Of a DNA stretch of 64,000 nt, positions 28,384-38,230 are shown piece after piece; the stretch's first letter is position 1; every line of letters starts with the position of its first letter. The stretch is from positions 117,665 to 181,664 of the forward strand of contig JBBARP010000009.1 of NCBI GenBank assembly GCA_040399745.1, written 5' to 3'. Source of the DNA: Bdellovibrionia bacterium (lineage in GTDB: Bacteria > Bdellovibrionota > UBA1018). Below the pieces are notes generated by a model, which did no database searches, was not told where the DNA came from, and saw only the letters and a list, made by a program, of their open reading frames with translations. The position numbers and the translations under genes were made by a program.

Positions 28384-28902
28384 TTAGTTCGTTTGTCCGC
28401 GAATCTCAGCGATCAAGGCGCGGTGAAGGAGCAGCAAATCCTGATTCGCTTTCCTGAGCCTTTTGAAAACCGACTGCGTGATCTGATGGAGAATCGGTAA
28501 TGCCCAGGCCGGGTGTTGCGCGCAGAACGATTCAAAGTCTTGGCGACTGAGTGCCAGGCAAACACAATCGCTCTCGGCAACAATCGTTGCCGACCGGGGA
28601 TCCGAGTCTAGCAAAGTGCCTTCCCCGAAAAACGGATGAACCTCGCTCGAAAGAGAAGCCACTTTGTAGGTCTCTCCGTCGAGTGTTGTTTTCAAAACAC
28701 TGAGCGTGCCGCTGACCAGAACGTAGGCCTGATCGCCCGTTTCTCCTTCGGTCATGATCTTCTCGTGTTTCTTGAAAGTGACTTCTTTGAACCATGCGCC
28801 CAGCGCTTCTAAGCACTTGGCGTTGTCACAAATTCCTGCAAACGCGGGAGTGCTTTTCAGGAGGTCGTGCAAGCGTTTGAGAGATGAAGCGTGGGTATCC
28901 AT
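28384..28902 (-). CDS. stand-alone cyclic nucleotide-binding (cNMP/CAP effector-type) domain protein
   Basis: FGEGTLLDSDPRSATIVAESDCVCLAL fits the CNBD phosphate-binding cassette (FGE...R.A...A). No DNA-binding HTH follows. Confidence 0.7.
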   Translation of the reverse strand: MDTHASSLKRLHDLLKSTPAFAGICDNAKCLEALGAWFKEVTFKKHEKIMTEGETGDQAYVLVSGTLSVLKTTLDGETYKVASLSSEVHPFFGEGTLLDSDPRSATIVAESDCVCLALSRQDFESFCAQHPAWALPILHQITQSVFKRLRKANQDLLLLHRALIAEIRGQTN

Positions 28903-30174
28903 TTATGCAGCTAATTCCAAGCTTGCGGCGGTTTCTTGGTTTTCGACGACAATCGCCATCGAACCTTCGGGGATGGAGTACCGATTCGGCGGATTGAAAA
29001 CCGGATGATTGCAGCGCATCTGTTTGACGCTTCTCAGGTTCTCCAGAAGTTTTCCGGTATCTGCAGTTTTCTGAGCCTGTCTCACGGCCCATTCTTTCAG
29101 GGTGTGGGGATTTCCTGTGTTTTCCAGAATTCCGATCACCGCGACACCGGGATGGTTTGCTTCAAACTGTTTTTTTAATTCGGGATAACTCAGCCCGATC
29201 ATCGAAGCATCGATAGAGCGAGTGGTGAGGCAGGTGGCGTTCTTGGGGTCGAGTAAGTCATAGATGATGTTGGAAACGCCGGTGCCACCGGATGCGTTTG
29301 CGATGAGGAGTCGAGAGTATTCTCGCGAGTAAAGAATTTCGGAGACCTGCGCCAAGCGCAGGTACTGATCCATTTTCGGGTCAATGATTTCAGCCGTCAC
29401 GGGCGTACTTCTCGCGACATGAGACAAAGTCATCGCCGCCATGATGGTGCGCGCGTCGACTTCCGAGGCGCTCGGGATTTGGCCATTCGCTTGCGGAGCT
29501 TTGTCGGCCAGAATCATCACTTTTCGGGCGCGCTCCGGAGCTGCTCGCCTGAGCCAGGTTTCCTCGTAATAGGGGCCGGCAAGAATCTTCACAGTCTTCA
29601 GTCGGGGATGGCTTCGAAATTCCTCAATCGCTTTTTCCTGAATGGCGGCAATCAAGACCAAGTCGGATGGGTTCAGATCCGGATTGAAGTCCAGGATGTG
29701 TTGGACCAACTGGGGCATTTCTTCTTTCCACCCGCATAGGACGAAATGGTTTTTTAAACGATCAGTGTCCACAAAACCCCTGCCTTTCTTGAGGGCCTGT
29801 TCGAGGAAGAACGAGGAAATTTTCGCTGTGACGATACTCATGGCAATCACGCCAGACAGCATGAGGCCTGAAGCAATCAGACGACCCGGCGTCGTCACCG
29901 GGTAGCGATCGCCGTAACCCACAGTCAGGAAGGTCACGATTCCCCACCAGAGCGCGTCGGCCGAGGAAACAATGTTTGCGCCCACGGCATTTTTTTCGAA
30001 CCGCAGAGTGAGTGCGGCCGACACGACCCAAACGGAAGCCATCGCAAGTCCGGTCATCCAGACAACGCGAGTGCGGGCAAACGCCAGAAGCTGCTTGCCG
30101 CGGATTTTCCATCGGGGTGGGCGATGAAGAGAGCTCATCAAGGGAATATCGGAAGAACGTGGGTTCTTCTTCAC
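28903..30174 (-). CDS. potassium channel with a TVGYGD selectivity filter and cytoplasmic RCK (TrkA-N/C) domains
   Basis: WWGIVTFLTVGYGDRYP pore signature between two TM helices. VLCGW Rossmann-like RCK start. Its stop codon TAA is immediately followed by the ATG of the cNMP-binding gene. Confidence 0.8.
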   Translation of the reverse strand: MKKNPRSSDIPLMSSLHRPPRWKIRGKQLLAFARTRVVWMTGLAMASVWVVSAALTLRFEKNAVGANIVSSADALWWGIVTFLTVGYGDRYPVTTPGRLIASGLMLSGVIAMSIVTAKISSFFLEQALKKGRGFVDTDRLKNHFVLCGWKEEMPQLVQHILDFNPDLNPSDLVLIAAIQEKAIEEFRSHPRLKTVKILAGPYYEETWLRRAAPERARKVMILADKAPQANGQIPSASEVDARTIMAAMTLSHVARSTPVTAEIIDPKMDQYLRLAQVSEILYSREYSRLLIANASGGTGVSNIIYDLLDPKNATCLTTRSIDASMIGLSYPELKKQFEANHPGVAVIGILENTGNPHTLKEWAVRQAQKTADTGKLLENLRSVKQMRCNHPVFNPPNRYSIPEGSMAIVVENQETAASLELAA

Positions 30175-30250
30175 ACAGTCGTTTCTGTCGAAGATTTGAC
30201 GACCCGTGGTCGTGCCGCCGACTTCCGTATCTGGCTAGATGCGCGTTGCC

Positions 30251-33196
30251 TTACGAGCTTCGGGCCTTTTCCTGAAGCTGAGCCAAGAAGTTCATGGCTT
30301 GGAGCGGAGTCATATTGCTGATCTCGGCGCGCGCAAGCTCAGAGGCCCAGACCGGAGGCTCAACCGGAAGGCCGCGCGTAGGGACAGAGGCAGACGCATC
30401 TGCTCCTGGCTGAGATGGGGTGCTTGCTCCAGCCTTTGAGTCCTGACTTGAGAAAAGGTCCCCGGACAAGTCCGAGTCACCACCCAAAGAGGCGTCCCCG
30501 TCGAAGAGTCGAGAAAGCGCACTTCGGATCGAAGGCAGAGTAGGGGCAGTGCTTGCGATGCTTCCCACGCCTTCGGCGTCATCTGCGCGACGGGTCAGAC
30601 CTCGCTGACTGGAAGCGGATGCAAAGAGCGGAAGCACTTCGTCGAGTTGTTCTCCTGGGCCAGACCCAAGAAGCAACGGCTCGGGAGCTGCGTTTCCAGG
30701 AGTCCTTGGTTCGCTTTCTAGGCGAGCAAGGACTTTCCAAGCGCGATCGATCACTCCGCGTGGAAGACCAGCAAGCTGTGCCACTTGAATCCCGAAGCTC
30801 TCGTTCGCTGCGCCTTCGCGCAGTTGATAAAGGAATCGGAGCTGAGTTTCGTTGGTCTGCGCGGGAGCGGCCACCGCCATGTGGGCATTGCCCAGGCGCG
30901 GTAGCTCTTCACTTAAGTGTGTGAGCTCATGGTAGTGCGTGGCAAAGAGAGTGCGGCAGCGCAGTTTTTTACAGATCCATTCTAGAGTCGACCACGCCAC
31001 CGAGATGCCGTCGTAAGTCGAGGTTCCGCGACCGATCTCGTCCAAGATAACCAGCGAGCGTTCGTCCGCGCGGTGCAGGATGTGCGCGAGTTCGCTCATC
31101 TCGACCATGAAGGTGGATTGCCCGCGTGCGATGGCGTCGTGTGCGCCAATTCGCGTGTAGATCGACGAGAACGCGCCCCAACGCGCAGAGCGAGCCGGGA
31201 CCGGGGCACCGCACTGACCCAGCAGCACGATCAAGGCCACTTGCCTCATGACCGTCGATTTACCGCCCATGTTGGGTCCGGTGATGAGGAGCGAGAGTCG
31301 GGATTTTGGGCCCAGCTTCAAATCATTGGGGACAAACTTTCCGCGCGATACGGAATCAACGACCGGGTGACGTCCCCCCAGAATCTCAACGTCCAAAGAA
31401 TCGTCGATCCGAGGGAAAACCCAGCCCGGCATCTCAGTGAGGCGCGAAAGCGAAAGCCAGGAGTCGAGTTCACCCAGAGCGCGCGCGACGTCCATGACTC
31501 GCGCGGTATGGCGCTGTGCCTCTTCGAGAAGGTCCGAGAAAAGAGATTGTTCGAGGCGTTTTCTGCGGTCTTCGGCGGTGACGATTTCGTCCTCGAACTT
31601 TTTCAGCTCTTCCGTGAAGAAGCGCTCAGCTCCAACGGTGGTTTGCTTGCGCTGATAGTCCGCCGGAACGTTCTTCAGATGAGCTTGAGTGACTTCGATG
31701 TAGTAGCCGAAAACGCGGTTGTAGCGCACTTTCAGCGAAGGAATTCCAGTGCGCTCGCGTTCTCGAGTTTCGAGTTCAACCAAGAATTTCGAACCTTCGG
31801 TCGAAAGGTCAATCAGCCGATCGAGTTCGGTGTGGGTTCCTTTTTTGAAGATGCCGCCTTCGCGCGCCAGGAGCGGGGCTTCCTCGTTTTGTGTCTCGAG
31901 AATCCGATGCGACAGACTCCCTAGGGCTTCAGCGCCTCGTAGCAAGCGCTCGCGAAGCTCCTGAAGAAGAGGAGATTCAGCGGAATCCAAAATTCGGGCA
32001 AGCTCGGGCAAAGTGCCGATCGAAGCCCCCAGTGCCCAAGTGTCGCGCGGATTGGCCTGACCCGTGGTGAGGCGGCCAGAAATGCGCTCGAGATCGTAAA
32101 GCTGCCCAAGGAGTTTCCCTAAGCTCTCGGCACGTGCCGATTTCAGCGCCAGTTCCTGAACGCCTTCCTGGCGGTGAGTGATGTCCTGCGGATCGCGCAA
32201 AGGTTCCATCAAAAGTCGCTTCAGGGTCCGAGTACCGAGTGCGCTTCGTGTGCGCGAGATGAGTTGAAAAAGATCGGGGAAAAGATCCAGGTGCTGAGCC
32301 GTGCGTGGCCCTAAGACCAGTGAACGCGAGCGGCGAAGCGGCTCAGGAAGGCGAAGGTGCTGAAGCTTGGGCGCCGAAGGGATCGAAAGGGCTGGATTCG
32401 AAGCTTCTGCAGCACCCAGGGCCGAACTTTGTGAACGCAAAGCGTACGTGAGGAGAACGCCCAGTGCGCGCCGGGTGACTCCTTCGGGGACAAAAGCATC
32501 GAGTGAGGCCAGTCCGAATTGAGCTTTGAGTTTCTCCTCGGCTGCGGCCTGTCCCTGGTAGTTTGACGGGAGGTTTTCACAGAGAACGGGTCGACCCACG
32601 CCTTGGCCCGCTGCTTGAAGAGTGGCCGCAAGACCCGAAGGCGCTAGCCCCTGAAGTTCAACCCAGTGGCGGATGGGTAGATCAGAGGCCCAGGCAGTGA
32701 GTTCGTCTAAGTTGGAAAGCTGAGCGAATCGGAAGTCGCCCGTTGCGATGTCCAGGCACGCCAGTGCCCAGGCCGACTGGGCGTCTCCGGGAGTTTCTGC
32801 GAGAGCCGTCGCGAGATAGGAGGTTTCCGAACTCTCGCCGTCGAACTGGATGGCGGGCGTCAGCAGGCGGACAATGGCGCGGCGAACCAGGGTCTTCCCC
32901 GGTTTTCCAGCGGCGACTTCTTCGAACTGCTCGCAGATGGCGACTTTTTTTCCGGCATTCAGAAGTTTTTGAACGTAGTTACCCGCGCTGTGGTGAGGCA
33001 CCCCAGCCATGGGGAGTGGGTCGGGCTTGTTTTTGTCCCGCGAAGTCAGGGTGATATCGAGGATCTTGGCAGCTTCGACGGCGTCATCCCCGAAGAGCTC
33101 GTAAAAGTCGCCCATTCGGAAAAAGAGCAAGGCATCGCCTGCTTGTTCCTTGAGTTCAGCGTACTGCTTCATGAGCGGAGTCGGTTCGTTAGCCAT
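30251..33196 (-). CDS. mutS: DNA mismatch repair protein MutS, with a long low-complexity insertion before the C-terminal helix
   Basis: N-terminal PLMKQY..FFRMGDFYELF mismatch domain, Walker A GPNMGGKST, and a C-terminal TPLQAMNFLAQLQ helix. About 130 aa rich in S, A, G and D lie between the ATPase domain and that terminal helix. Confidence 0.9.
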   Translation of the reverse strand: MANEPTPLMKQYAELKEQAGDALLFFRMGDFYELFGDDAVEAAKILDITLTSRDKNKPDPLPMAGVPHHSAGNYVQKLLNAGKKVAICEQFEEVAAGKPGKTLVRRAIVRLLTPAIQFDGESSETSYLATALAETPGDAQSAWALACLDIATGDFRFAQLSNLDELTAWASDLPIRHWVELQGLAPSGLAATLQAAGQGVGRPVLCENLPSNYQGQAAAEEKLKAQFGLASLDAFVPEGVTRRALGVLLTYALRSQSSALGAAEASNPALSIPSAPKLQHLRLPEPLRRSRSLVLGPRTAQHLDLFPDLFQLISRTRSALGTRTLKRLLMEPLRDPQDITHRQEGVQELALKSARAESLGKLLGQLYDLERISGRLTTGQANPRDTWALGASIGTLPELARILDSAESPLLQELRERLLRGAEALGSLSHRILETQNEEAPLLAREGGIFKKGTHTELDRLIDLSTEGSKFLVELETRERERTGIPSLKVRYNRVFGYYIEVTQAHLKNVPADYQRKQTTVGAERFFTEELKKFEDEIVTAEDRRKRLEQSLFSDLLEEAQRHTARVMDVARALGELDSWLSLSRLTEMPGWVFPRIDDSLDVEILGGRHPVVDSVSRGKFVPNDLKLGPKSRLSLLITGPNMGGKSTVMRQVALIVLLGQCGAPVPARSARWGAFSSIYTRIGAHDAIARGQSTFMVEMSELAHILHRADERSLVILDEIGRGTSTYDGISVAWSTLEWICKKLRCRTLFATHYHELTHLSEELPRLGNAHMAVAAPAQTNETQLRFLYQLREGAANESFGIQVAQLAGLPRGVIDRAWKVLARLESEPRTPGNAAPEPLLLGSGPGEQLDEVLPLFASASSQRGLTRRADDAEGVGSIASTAPTLPSIRSALSRLFDGDASLGGDSDLSGDLFSSQDSKAGASTPSQPGADASASVPTRGLPVEPPVWASELARAEISNMTPLQAMNFLAQLQEKARSS

Positions 33197-33249
33197 GAGG
33201 GGAAACGCTTATCGCGCACCCGCTCACCCAGCAATGTTAACGCGATGCG

Positions 33250-34722
33250 TTAATGCGAATGATTCGAGCCGATTCGGTGAACCTTGACCATATTGGTCGT
33301 CCCGCGACGAAGAGTGGGGATTCCGGCCGTAACCACGACGAGGTCCTCGGCTTGCGCCCAATTCCGTTCGGTCAGGACCTGCTCGACCATGTGGAAGAGG
33401 TCATCCGTTGCGACGATGTTCGGGATCGTGTGGCCTCGAACGCCCCACATGAAAGTGAGTTTCCGAAGGACCGACTCGTTTTCCGTAATCGCGACAATCG
33501 GGGTCTGGGGTCGGTATTTCGAAAGCACCTTGGCTGCCATTCCCGAGTGAGTGATCACGGCAATGGCGGTTGCTCCCACGTGAGCTGCGATCCGCGAAGT
33601 CGAGAACTCGATGCTCTCGACGATTGAGCCGGGAAGGGGAAGAAGCCCCTTCTGACCCGAGAAGAACTCGGGCGTTTGTTCAGCCTGAAGGACAATTCGG
33701 GCCATCGTTTCAACCGCTTCGATGGGGTACTGGCCTGAGGCAGTTTCGCCCGAGAGCATGACGCAGTCTGTTCCGTCGAAAACGGCGTTTGCCACGTCAG
33801 AAGCCTCGGCGCGCGTCGGAACGGGAGTGTGGATCATGCTTTCCAGCATCTGGGTGGCCGTGATGACCGGAACGCCCATGGCTTGGCAGCTATGAATGAG
33901 GCGTTTCTGAATCGCAGGGACGCGCTCTGCGCCCACTTCAACTGCCATGTCGCCGCGAGCAACCAAGAGCCCATCGCAGACCTCGATGATCGAGTCCATG
34001 GCCTCAACGGCCTCTTCGCGCTCAATCTTCGCCACAATCCAAGGCTTCTCGGAAGGGTTCAGATGTTCGATGCGCTGGCGAACTTCGACGATGTCTTGGG
34101 CAGAACGAACGAAAGAAAGCGCAATGGCATCGACACCCAGTTCGAGTCCAAGCTTGAGATCTTCATAGTCCTTTTCCGTGAGGCACGGAATGGATAGGGG
34201 CGTCCCAGGAAGGTTCATCCCTTTGTTACTGGTGAGGAGCCCGCCGACTTCCACTTCCACGACCATTTCAGGCGGTGAGATACTCAAAGCGCGAGTCGAA
34301 AGTTTGCCGTCGTCAAAGAGGATGCGAGCGCCGACTCGAGCGTCGCTAGAAACGCTTTGTGCGATTTCCGCAGAGATGGGGATCAGGATCTTGCCGTCTG
34401 TCGACTGCTGCGGCGTTTTACCTTCAGGGTAGAGAAGAACGATGTCGCCCTTCTTCAGCTCGATCCCGGGGGCGGGTATTTTTCCGCAGCGAATCTTCGG
34501 ACCCTGGAGATCTTGAAGAATGGCGACGTGCTTCCCAGCCGCTTTGGCAGCTTCACGAACGGTCTTCACCAGATTTCGGTGAAAGTCGTGAGTGCCGTGG
34601 CTGAAGTTCAGCCGAGCGATGTCCATTCCGGCATCGATGAGCGCTCGAATCCTTTCAGGACTCTGAGATGAAGGGCCAAGCGTACAGACGATCTTAACTC
34701 TTCTTGCGGATGATCCGGGCAT
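33250..34722 (-). CDS. pyk: pyruvate kinase
   Basis: KIVCTLGPS, NFSHG, and MVARGDM-like (LVARGDMAVE) motifs. Start chosen at MPGSSARRVKIV. Confidence 0.85.
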   Translation of the reverse strand: MPGSSARRVKIVCTLGPSSQSPERIRALIDAGMDIARLNFSHGTHDFHRNLVKTVREAAKAAGKHVAILQDLQGPKIRCGKIPAPGIELKKGDIVLLYPEGKTPQQSTDGKILIPISAEIAQSVSSDARVGARILFDDGKLSTRALSISPPEMVVEVEVGGLLTSNKGMNLPGTPLSIPCLTEKDYEDLKLGLELGVDAIALSFVRSAQDIVEVRQRIEHLNPSEKPWIVAKIEREEAVEAMDSIIEVCDGLLVARGDMAVEVGAERVPAIQKRLIHSCQAMGVPVITATQMLESMIHTPVPTRAEASDVANAVFDGTDCVMLSGETASGQYPIEAVETMARIVLQAEQTPEFFSGQKGLLPLPGSIVESIEFSTSRIAAHVGATAIAVITHSGMAAKVLSKYRPQTPIVAITENESVLRKLTFMWGVRGHTIPNIVATDDLFHMVEQVLTERNWAQAEDLVVVTAGIPTLRRGTTNMVKVHRIGSNHSH

Positions 34723-36739
34723 TCGCGCGCTGCACCTTTTCCAGCTCTTCACGATGGTTCACTTCCACCCTCTGTTCCCGTTCACTGAACTGACTTTCAA
34801 GTTGGGCCAAGCGCTGATCGTAGGTGCGAGTTGCCTCTTCGATCATTGCCTTTGCATTGCGAGCTTCGTCTCGAACCTTCTCATCTGCGTCGGCTTTCAC
34901 TTGCGTGATCTGATCAGTGTAATCGGTGCGTTGGTCGGTAAGTCGTTTCTCGTACTCCCGAATTATCTCATTTTGTCGAATCGAGAAAGCTCTTTGGTTC
35001 AACTTCTCGTGAAAATTCGCCTGCTGTCGCACTGCAGCTAGTTTCGATGAGGAGTCAGTCTTCAGTGCCGAGATAATTTCTTCGTATTCTCTGCGTTGTC
35101 TTTCCACCGCCGAAGCGTGGAGTCGATCGCGCTGTCCCAAGGAGCGTTCGTTCGCGCGTTCCTGCTCGCGAAGAATGGCGCCTTTGGTTGCTTCCGTATC
35201 CGCAATATGGGCGAGGAGCTCGTTTCTTTCTTCGTAACGCTCCATGCTGCCGATTCGCTGGGATTTGGCCAAGTTTTTCTCGGCTTTATGAAGCACTTCC
35301 TGAACGTCGCCTGCAGTCGATTCCTGAATGGACTTCACGCTTTCTGCGTGGCGTTCTCTTTCGGCTGTAAATTGTTTTTCGTACTCGTTACGAACTGAGT
35401 CGGTGATTTTCTTTTCAGCGGCCGGAGCGACAAGGGCCACTTTGTCGGACGAAGTACGTTCGGTCAGCTCCTCTTCCAAGCGGCGAATGTCCGATTTTGT
35501 AGACTGGTCAATCCGCTTCACCAATTCGCTGTAGGTTTTTGCCTGTTCGACTAAGGCGCGCTCGCGCTCCTGGTTCGAAGCGTCGGCGTAGGTTTCCATC
35601 GTGCGTTGGTGGGCGTCGCGATCGAGTTTGTTTCGAATTTCGAGTTGCCCACGGTTTTTCTCGAAAACTTCCTTGGCATCCTTGAGTTCTCGGCGGTGGT
35701 CTTCTTGGTCGCGCGAACGGACTTCGTTAAAAATCCGGTCCTTCTCGCGTAAAGTCTCGTTATTCATCCGGGCGTAGTAATCTTCTCGCTCGTTGATGGC
35801 TCGACGGAAGTTTTGGAGTTCTTCTTTGTACAGATCGTTTGCAACGCGAGCGTCGCCACGGATCTCGTTCTCCGTTTCACGGATGGTTTCTGCACGCAGA
35901 TTGGCTCGAGTCTTCGAGTAATCGTCCTTAAAACGGGTGAGGATCCTGAGTTGTTCGGAGAGGCCTTCTTTTTCTCGGGAGTGAGCGTCTTTTTCGACTC
36001 GAACCGCGTCCTCTGTTTTGCCTGCGATTCGGCGATGTAGCTCATCCCGGCGCATTTCTTCGACTTCGTCGTAGTTTTTAGTTCGAGTGTGATAATCGCT
36101 GTCCAGCTGGTCAGCCAATTTACGGGTCTTTTGGTCCTGAGTGTTGGCTTCCATCTGGACCCGCTGATACCGGCGATCGTATTCGTTGGTCATCCGCTCG
36201 GAGCGTTCTTTTTCTCTCACGCGAACATCACGGACGGCGTCGTTAACTTCCTTACGGGCCGTTCCAGCTCGAGTGCCTGCAGCTTCTTCGAGCTGCATGG
36301 CGTGACGCTTATCGCGTTGCTCTTGAAGTTTTTGTTCGTGCTCGCGCTGCTGCTCGTTTTTTGTTTTTTGTGCCTCGAGCTGGCGAGTAAAATCTTCGCG
36401 GGCCGAGCGAAGCGAGTCCTGAATGTTTTCAAGCTCGTTGGAGCGAACACGGCCGTATTGGTCATAGAGCTCGGCGTTTTTTTGCTCAACGATAGCTCGT
36501 TGTTTTTCTCGTTCGCGAGAAAGGGCTTCAGTAGTGTTTTTCCGGATATCTTCGATCGCGCGACCGTACTCCGAATCGCGGCGCTCCATCTCCCGGTCAT
36601 GCTTTGTATCCCGAGCGCGAATTTCCTCATCATGGGTCTTTCGCAGCTTCTTGGCTTGGGACTGGTACTCTTCTTCCAACTCCTTCACGCGAGTGGTGTA
36701 GTCCGAGTAGTTTGAATCTCCGGGGGTGACGGTGGACAT
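34694..36739 (-). CDS. hyper-charged (E/R/K/D/Q-rich) predicted coiled-coil protein, 681 aa, function unknown
   Basis: No TM segment or signal peptide. Essentially continuous heptad-like charged helical sequence. The antisense ORF 36089..36715 is rejected as an artefact. Confidence 0.5.
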   Translation of the reverse strand: MSTVTPGDSNYSDYTTRVKELEEEYQSQAKKLRKTHDEEIRARDTKHDREMERRDSEYGRAIEDIRKNTTEALSREREKQRAIVEQKNAELYDQYGRVRSNELENIQDSLRSAREDFTRQLEAQKTKNEQQREHEQKLQEQRDKRHAMQLEEAAGTRAGTARKEVNDAVRDVRVREKERSERMTNEYDRRYQRVQMEANTQDQKTRKLADQLDSDYHTRTKNYDEVEEMRRDELHRRIAGKTEDAVRVEKDAHSREKEGLSEQLRILTRFKDDYSKTRANLRAETIRETENEIRGDARVANDLYKEELQNFRRAINEREDYYARMNNETLREKDRIFNEVRSRDQEDHRRELKDAKEVFEKNRGQLEIRNKLDRDAHQRTMETYADASNQERERALVEQAKTYSELVKRIDQSTKSDIRRLEEELTERTSSDKVALVAPAAEKKITDSVRNEYEKQFTAERERHAESVKSIQESTAGDVQEVLHKAEKNLAKSQRIGSMERYEERNELLAHIADTEATKGAILREQERANERSLGQRDRLHASAVERQRREYEEIISALKTDSSSKLAAVRQQANFHEKLNQRAFSIRQNEIIREYEKRLTDQRTDYTDQITQVKADADEKVRDEARNAKAMIEEATRTYDQRLAQLESQFSEREQRVEVNHREELEKVQRANARIIRKKS

Positions 36740-36877
36740 CCTATTCCTCCAACAGCCTTTCTCTCTAGAGTTTCGGCACGAAGGCCGATGTTCTTAGGAT
36801 ATCCCAGGTCGGGGTGAGCAGCTCCTGCCGGCAAGTTCTGCCGAGACAAGCCGCCCGATTCGCGTGACACTATTGCG

Positions 36878-38152
36878 ATGAATCACGCACAAGCGAAGCA
36901 TCAGTGGGGGTGGGTCGACTGGGTCACCGGGGCTGGAGTGGTCTGGGCTCTGGGGTTATCGGCTGTGGCTGCATCGGCAGCTGGAGAGTCTGGCCCGAAT
37001 AGCCGGGTCAGAGTTTTGGCTGACCATGCGCTTCTTCGTAAAGCGGGCGCACGGGTGATTCAATTTGAGCCTGAAACTGGGGTTGCATTAGGAGAGGTGG
37101 ATTCATTCTCTCGAATGAGGCTTCAAATGTGGGCGCACCGGGAAGGAAAGTGCGGCGGATTTGAGGCCTTGCCTGAGTCTTCGCTTCGAACGGTTTCAGA
37201 CGACGCGGAGTTACTTTTTGAGCTGCGTTCGCTGAAGAATCGGGATCGCCAGTGGACGCTTTTATCAAAGGCACCCCTGAGGCTGGATGCTCGTCCCGAG
37301 ATCGTTCGGGCATTGCCTTTAGTGGACTCCTCTCGGCTCAAGACTTGGGTGACCTGGCTTTCGTCCTTTAGTTCCAGGGTTCACACGGCGTCAGATCCGA
37401 ACGTGCACGTGGAGCAGCTCAGATCAAAATTAGTCGATCTTTTGACGGGTGCAAAACTTCCCGCAACGGTCGAGTTGATCGGGCATCGGGCTACGCGCCA
37501 AAAAAGTATCCGCGTCCGTCTGCCGGGATCCGTTCGGCCGGATGAAACCGTGGTGCTGGGCGCGCACCTAGACAGCATCAATCAGGATTGGTTTGGTTCC
37601 GGAAAGGCACCCGGAGCAGACGACAACGCTTCAGGTTCGGCAAACCTGCTCGAAGCGCTCCGAGTGCTGCTTCAGCAGGGACAACCGGAACGATCCATCG
37701 AATTGTTCTGGTACGCAGGCGAAGAAGGCGGGCTTTTGGGGTCGGCCGAAATTGCGGCTCAATACAAAGCTGCCAAACGAAAAGTGGTCGGTGTGCTTCA
37801 GCTCGATATGACTCTTTATCCGGGCGACGGTCCGTTCGTCTTGGGCTCCATGACGGATTTCACGAGCCCCTGGATGCGGCAGTATTTGTCAGAACTGAAC
37901 CGACTCTATCTCGGAGCGAAAATCGTCGAGGACCAGTGCGGTTACGGTTGCAGCGATCACGCTTCTTGGCATCGGTCGGGCTATGCCGCCATCATGCCCT
38001 TTGAGGCGACTTTTGACCGAATGAACTCGAACCTTCATACGCCCAAAGATGTCATCGATTCGGCTAGCCACTTTGAACACTCCGCGATGTTCAGTCGCCT
38101 GGCAGTGGCGATTGCGATGGATCTCGGGAACTCGACTTTAACGCCTCCTTGA
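36878..38152 (+). CDS. M28 family aminopeptidase (bacterial leucyl aminopeptidase-like), secreted
   Basis: GAHLDS, GADDNASG, YAGEEGGLLGS and CSDHASW zinc-ligand blocks typical of M28. Confidence 0.75.
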   Translation: MNHAQAKHQWGWVDWVTGAGVVWALGLSAVAASAAGESGPNSRVRVLADHALLRKAGARVIQFEPETGVALGEVDSFSRMRLQMWAHREGKCGGFEALPESSLRTVSDDAELLFELRSLKNRDRQWTLLSKAPLRLDARPEIVRALPLVDSSRLKTWVTWLSSFSSRVHTASDPNVHVEQLRSKLVDLLTGAKLPATVELIGHRATRQKSIRVRLPGSVRPDETVVLGAHLDSINQDWFGSGKAPGADDNASGSANLLEALRVLLQQGQPERSIELFWYAGEEGGLLGSAEIAAQYKAAKRKVVGVLQLDMTLYPGDGPFVLGSMTDFTSPWMRQYLSELNRLYLGAKIVEDQCGYGCSDHASWHRSGYAAIMPFEATFDRMNSNLHTPKDVIDSASHFEHSAMFSRLAVAIAMDLGNSTLTPP

Positions 38153-38167
38153 AGGCACGCCTGAAAA

Positions 38168-38212
38168 TGAAAAGGCCCGGTGGATCCAAGATCCACCGGG
38201 CCTTTTTTTTAA
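38168..38212. terminator. bidirectional rho-independent terminator shared by convergent genes
   Basis: AAAAGGCCCGGTGGATC caag GATCCACCGGGCCTTTTTTTT: a 15-bp stem flanked by an A-run on one side and a T-run on the other. Confidence 0.75.
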
Positions 38213-38230
38213 GTCAGATTGGGTCTGAGC

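Noticed and set aside
36089-36715. 208-aa plus-strand hydrophobic ORF opposite the charged coiled-coil gene
   Set aside because: It is the antisense of a GAA/GAG/CGC-rich gene, which yields Phe/Leu-rich pseudo-TM frames. No start context seen.
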